Under the pieces are notes generated by a model. It did not search any database, was not told where the DNA came from, and saw only the letters and a list, made by a program, of their open reading frames with translations. A program made the position numbers and the translations under genes. From Thermoanaerobaculia bacterium (lineage in GTDB: Bacteria > Acidobacteriota > Thermoanaerobaculia > UBA5066): a DNA stretch of 64,000 nucleotides. Positions 59,559-64,000 of this stretch are shown piece by piece. Within the stretch, counting starts at the first letter, position 1, and every line of letters starts with the position of its first letter. The stretch lies in NCBI GenBank assembly GCA_963719225.1, contig CAVRAY010000001.1:3104001-3168000 (forward strand). The letters run 5' to 3'.

Positions 59559-60765
59559 ATGACGCCCGCTGCAAAGGTCACCAGCTTGACGGGTCACGGC
59601 ACACCCCTGAGTCCCGGCCCCGGCTGCCCCACCGTCCTGATCGGTTTCATGCCCGCCTGGCGTGCCCTGCCGGCGGCAATGGCGAGCGCAGTCCAGTCCG
59701 CCTGGAACGTGATGAACTCGTTCATGGTGAGGCCGCGGATGACGCCGGCCGAACGGGACGGCCAGCCTCGTCGGGATCTCCCAGTCGCTCTGTTCAGCAA
59801 GGGGCCAAGGCCGCCGGAGCCGGCGCGCCCGCTGCCGCGGGGACCGCGGGCAGCGCGGTGGCCGCGCTGAATACGGCGAACGTGGCGCTGACGGCGGTCT
59901 GGACGGCGGCCTCAGTCGTCCCGGGTGGCTCAGCCAGCCGCGAACATCGCCTACACCGAGGGGGTCAAGGCGGCGGCCGCGGCGGCAGCCAGCGCCGTCA
60001 TGGCGTCTATGGCGAGCCTCTCCGACATGCACATCTGCCCCATTCCCGTGCCGATCCCGCCGCACGGCCCGGGCTTCGTCACGAAGGGAAGCTCGACGGT
60101 CGTGATCGAGAACTGCCGCGGCACGCGCAGGGAGACCAGATCATCGAAGCCATGCGGCGGACCGGAACAAAATCGCGATGGGGGATCCGACGGTCATTAT
60201 CGGGGACTCCGGTAGCGGGGGCGAAGGGGGCGGCGGAGGCGGCGCAGGCGGAGGGGCGGCGCCGGCGCAGCTGGTGCCGGGGCCGGCACCGGCGCCGGTG
60301 CCGGCGCGGGTGCGGGCACGAAGCTGAACAAAGGACCATTCAAGACTGCGGACGAGGCGGCCAAAGCGGCGCTCAATGCCGCGAACCCTCAATCGATCAA
60401 GGACAACCTCGAGTATTCGGGTCTGATCTATCAGGGAAAGGACGGAGGGTTCTACTTCACGGGCCCGGCCAAGGGCTCCGATCAGGGCGCGAATCCGCAC
60501 AAGGATGCGCCTGCCCCGCCCGGTACGCACTGTGGTGGGCGACTACCACACTCACGGCGGACTACTCGACGCTGGACCCGAAAACGGGAGCAGCCGTACG
60601 AACGAATGACCCCTCGAAGGATCAGTTCAACAGCGACAACTTCTCGACGCAGGACAAGGCGGGACGCCGCGACGAAGCAGGGTTACCCGGAGCGGCTATC
60701 TCGGGACGCCGAGCGGAACGTTCCGAAAATTCGACCCTGCGACCGGAAGCGACACGGTGCTGTGA
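59559..60765 (+). CDS. PAAR domain with an Ala-rich helical insert, fused to a DUF4329 (JAB-like) toxin domain; several frameshifts
   Basis: Reassembled by hand: PAAKV...HG...GPG.PTVLIG.MPAWRA...DMHICP...HGPG.V..GS.TV...AARAGD...PTVIIG; Gly linker; FKTADEAA...EYSGLIY...DYHTHG...NFS..D...YLGTPSG..RKFDP...VL*. The start may instead be 59525. Confidence 0.75.
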
Positions 60766-60818
60766 GCCTGCTTTCGGCGGCCTCGGCCGCCCGATGGATG
60801 ATGGGAGGATTGGCAATC

Positions 60819-61326
60819 ATGGCGACGACCGGCCAGATCAAGGTGCTGGAGAGCATTCAGGGGAGCAGCTTCCTGGCAAGCGAGTCCGCCATGGGAGTCT
60901 TCCAGAGCCACAAGCCGGATTTCGAGCACGGCACCTTCGAAGTCCTCCGGGAGGGGGATTCGGAATTCGTGGTCTTCACCGACGGACAGGGGCAGCTCGG
61001 CGTCCGGGTCGGAACGGCGGCGGAGCTGAACGCGCAGGATCTCAAGGTGTTCGCGTCGAACCGGGCCCGCATGAAAGTCGTCGACACGATCCAGGGAAGC
61101 AACTTCCTGTCCATGCGCGTCGCCGTGGAAGTCTTCCGCCGACACAACCCGGACCTTGCCGAGTATCGGATCGAGGTCGTGCGGGACGGGGACTCCCACG
61201 TGGTCCTCTTCTCCGACAAGGACCGGAGCCACGGGACCCGAGGCAGCGCCGGTCGACCCGGATTCGAAGTCGCGATCGACCCGCGCAACCGAAGGGTCAC
61301 GCGATCGAATTTCGTCCGATATGTGA
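60819..61326 (+). CDS. Probable immunity protein with an internal duplication (end approximate)
   Basis: Directly after the toxin gene; GGAGG SD; two similar ~50-aa halves; stop probably lost to an indel after ...SNFVR. Confidence 0.55.
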
Positions 61327-61397
61327 GGGTCGTACTCCTTGGAGTGACGGGAACGCGAGTCCCGGCGCCCGGAACCCCGGAACGAGAACGCCGCCGG

Positions 61398-61910
61398 TCA
61401 CTCCGCGAGGTCGATGATGTCGGAGCGTTGCGCGATCACGCTCGGACCCGGGCAGCCCAGGTGACCCCGCTGGAACATCGAGTGGTAGCCCAGTCCGAGA
61501 CCGTTGCGCGTGCTGGCGAGCTGCAGCGGCATTCCCCAGTTGGAATTGAACCAGGCGAGCAGGCGGGCGTTGCTCCTGACCTGCTCCTTCGTCAGCTCCT
61601 GGCCGGGCAGGGCGATGTTCTCGACGCTCACCCAGTGCGCGTCGTCGTTCCTCGTCTCGTCGCCCCCGACGCCCCACGCGATGTCACTCAGGTCCACGAA
61701 CTGTGCGATGTCGCCGTTCTTCGCGACGCAGAAGTGCGCCGATGCGCCGGCGCCCGGCACGTTGAACGTCGCAAAAATCCCGCCGAGGTCCGGCAGGTTC
61801 CCCTTCACTCCGTCCGTGATGTGCACCGCGATTCCCCGGGGGATCAGCGCCATGCCCCCCTTGGTGAAGTTGTGCTGAATGGGCCACCACCTCGCGAACG
61901 GAAGACGCAT
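61398..61910 (-). CDS. N-acetylmuramoyl-L-alanine amidase (Amidase_2)
   Basis: IAVHIT, ASAHF, IAQFV...AW, SVE and YH....CPG motifs. Confidence 0.85.
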   Translation of the reverse strand: MRLPFARWWPIQHNFTKGGMALIPRGIAVHITDGVKGNLPDLGGIFATFNVPGAGASAHFCVAKNGDIAQFVDLSDIAWGVGGDETRNDDAHWVSVENIALPGQELTKEQVRSNARLLAWFNSNWGMPLQLASTRNGLGLGYHSMFQRGHLGCPGPSVIAQRSDIIDLAE

Positions 61911-61912
61911 CG

Positions 61913-63418
61913 TTACCCCCTGCCTCTTTCCCAGCGGCCGGCGAGGGCGCGCATGGGTTTCGCGATCGACTGGAGGCGCGCGACGCGCACGCTCTCGCTG
62001 CCCTTGAGCGACAGGACCGGGACGAGACCGGCCTCGAGCAGCTTCTCCGCGGCGCGCACCGTGAGGACGACCTCGGACGGCGGAACGACGCGCGTCTCGA
62101 GGCCGTCCTTGAAGACATGCGTGGGGAGACCCTGGATTTCCGCCGCCGTCTCGGGACGGAGGTCCCACCCGCCTTCCTCGAACGCGCCCAGGAGGACGAG
62201 CGCGCCGGCAACCGCGCCATTCCCCCAGACGAAGGCTTCGTGCTCGGGAGAGCCCGGAATTTCCTCGAACGGGAAGGAGTCGATGGGCTCGGTCTTCGCG
62301 CCGTACGGGCGCCGCAACATGAGGCGCGGCAGCGCGAGCGCGACCCAGGCCGCCTCGTCGAGACCGCGAAGCTCCTCCCAGATCATGGCGCCTTCCTCTT
62401 CCGGTTTCCGCCAGTCGGCGGGATCGGGCGTCGCGGCCAGGGACGCGCACCCGACGAAGTCCGGGCGCGCGCCCGCGAGGAACGGAGCTCCCGCGGCACG
62501 GGCGACCTTCGCGACGCGCGCGAGGAAAGCCGCATCGGCGAGCGTCGGGCCGAACTCGTAGAGGCCGAGGACTGCTCCCCAGGGCTCGGCGCCCGGCGTC
62601 TCGACGGTCTCGGTCACGAGTCGCCGGTAGAGTCCGGTTCCCGACAGGTTCTCGTGGCTCGTGAGGTCTTCGAGCAGGGCCTCACGCGCGACGTCGAGGA
62701 AGAAAATGCGAACGCTCTCGCCCCCGGCACGGCGCACGAGCAGGTCGAGCGAGCGCCACGCCGCCTCGACCTTCCGGAATCGCGGATCGCGGAGGATCGT
62801 GCGGAGCAGCCCGGAGCGCACCTCGTCCACGGCGTCCTTGAGCCGCGGGAGATCGGCGTCCTCCTCGGGAGCGAGATGGGGCCGGACGATCGCCTTGAGC
62901 TCGGCCTCGAACGCCGAATCGGCGGGCTTCTGCCGCCGCGAAGCGCCCGCGAGAAGCTCGTTCACGATGTCCTCTTCCCCGCCGGCTCTTTTCGGAGCGT
63001 CTGCCCCGCGCCGCTCGGGAGGAGGGCCAGCGAAGGCGCGCACCTCGTTCGCCGCCTCGGCGAACGACCGGGGATTCTCGAGCCGCTCGCGCACGTCGCG
63101 CCACCTCGCGAGCGCCTCGACGCGCTCGAGCAGGCGGTCGGGATGGAGATCGTCGAAGTCGCGCAGAGAGATCCTCGCGGCCGGCCCTTCTCCGAGGCGC
63201 ACGTCCATCGTCGCGTCGAGGCCGCCGAGCACGTCCTCGAGGTCGTCCCGGTCCACGGCGTGAGTCTTTCGAGTCGCGAGGGGACCGGAGCCGCTTCCGC
63301 CGAAATCGCCGAGGACGAGAAGCCGAAAGGGCGTTTCGGGATCGAGCGGCTCGGCCGACGTCTGGGTTTCGCTCCCCAGCCTCACGTCGACGTTGCCGGA
63401 CGGCGGGCGCTTGGACAT
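61913..63418 (-). CDS. TssB-TssC fusion sheath-like protein lacking the TssC C-terminal domain
   Basis: PFRLLVLGDFGG...VDRD...DDLHPD (TssB-like), then ILRDPRFRKVEAAWRSL...APFLAG...PR.MLR.PYG...WGNGA...AGLVP (TssC-like); GGAGG SD. Confidence 0.8.
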   Translation of the reverse strand: MSKRPPSGNVDVRLGSETQTSAEPLDPETPFRLLVLGDFGGSGSGPLATRKTHAVDRDDLEDVLGGLDATMDVRLGEGPAARISLRDFDDLHPDRLLERVEALARWRDVRERLENPRSFAEAANEVRAFAGPPPERRGADAPKRAGGEEDIVNELLAGASRRQKPADSAFEAELKAIVRPHLAPEEDADLPRLKDAVDEVRSGLLRTILRDPRFRKVEAAWRSLDLLVRRAGGESVRIFFLDVAREALLEDLTSHENLSGTGLYRRLVTETVETPGAEPWGAVLGLYEFGPTLADAAFLARVAKVARAAGAPFLAGARPDFVGCASLAATPDPADWRKPEEEGAMIWEELRGLDEAAWVALALPRLMLRRPYGAKTEPIDSFPFEEIPGSPEHEAFVWGNGAVAGALVLLGAFEEGGWDLRPETAAEIQGLPTHVFKDGLETRVVPPSEVVLTVRAAEKLLEAGLVPVLSLKGSESVRVARLQSIAKPMRALAGRWERGRG

Positions 63419-63497
63419 CGCGGCCTCCTGAGATGCCGGCCAAGTCTAGCGCGGGAAAGAGCCCTCGAAGGCCGCCGTTCTATGATCGCGCCTCCTG

Positions 63498-64000
63498 ATG
63501 TCGACGTCGCGACGAGAGCCGACCGAGTACGACGCCGTCTCGTATCCCGGGTCGCCGTTTTCCCAGACCCATCCGGATCGCCTCGCGACGACCGCCGCTC
63601 TGTACGGGCTCGCGGCGGCTCCCCCCGAGCGCTGCCGGGTGCTGGAGCTCGGCTGCGGAGACGGCGGCAACCTGATCCCGATGGCCTACGTCCTTCCGGA
63701 AAGCACGTTCCTCGGCCTCGACGCGGCGGGGTCGGCGATCGCCCAGGGCATGGAGCAGGTCGCCGCTCTCGGTCTGACGAACGCGACTCTCCTTCATGCC
63801 GACCTTCTCGAGGCTTCGAATCTCGGCACGTTCGACTACGTCATCGCCCACGGCCTCTACTCGTGGGTGCCGCCTCCCGTGCAGGAGCGGATCTTCGCGA
63901 TCGCCTCCGAGGCGCTCGCCCCGAACGGCGTCGCGTACGTGAGCTACAACGCCCTTCCCGGATGCCACGTGAGGAACGCGATGCGCGAGATGATGCTGTG
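63498..64000 (+). CDS. Class I SAM-dependent methyltransferase (regulatory-domain-associated type); runs off the window
   Basis: Not in the ORF track: YDAVSYP...THPDRL...RVLELGCGDGGNL...FDYVIAHGLYSWV...GVAYVSYNALPG. Confidence 0.88.
   Translation, partial: MSTSRREPTEYDAVSYPGSPFSQTHPDRLATTAALYGLAAAPPERCRVLELGCGDGGNLIPMAYVLPESTFLGLDAAGSAIAQGMEQVAALGLTNATLLHADLLEASNLGTFDYVIAHGLYSWVPPPVQERIFAIASEALAPNGVAYVSYNALPGCHVRNAMREMML

Noticed and set aside
59525-62561. ORFs 59525..61417 and 60606..62561 as single genes
   Set aside because: Mosaics created by indels that join real fragments to off-frame or antisense sequence.
1-64000. tRNA, rRNA, integrase, transposase or prophage
   Set aside because: None recognised by eye; the phage-tail-like genes all belong to the T6SS. 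Small RNAs could have been missed without a covariance search.

Overview
GC-rich bacterial DNA; gene style suggests Acidobacteriota, but that is an inference. Positions 1-31 kb hold housekeeping and accessory genes: phosphodiesterases, sthA, a 3209-aa Ig-repeat surface protein with an IPTL-CTERM-like tail, a vapBC pair, a partner-switching pair upstream of a prenyl synthase, and a six-gene MerR/GGDEF-PilZ/HK/RR/EAL/CPBP operon. From 31.2 to 63.4 kb, divergent from that operon, lies a type VI secretion locus with all core genes recognisable: tssJKLM, tagF, two hcp, tagJ, tssABCEFG, clpV, vgrG and PAAR. The accessory parts are the most unusual. (i) An FHA / Zn-ribbon pseudokinase / FHA-ClpN-TagH triad stands where the usual PpkA-PppA-Fha module would be. 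(ii) A separate TssB-TssC fusion lacks the TssC C-terminal domain. (iii) Cargo comprises a Zn-dependent PLC/P1-like ORF and a helix-inserted PAAR fused to a DUF4329/JAB-like toxin, followed by an internally duplicated immunity candidate. Dense single-base frameshifts at about 48.0-54.4 kb and 59.4-61.3 kb are most likely assembly errors. A paired inverted-repeat element occurs on both sides of one gene. No rRNA, tRNA, CRISPR array or transposase was seen. All family calls come from motif recognition by eye; no database was searched.
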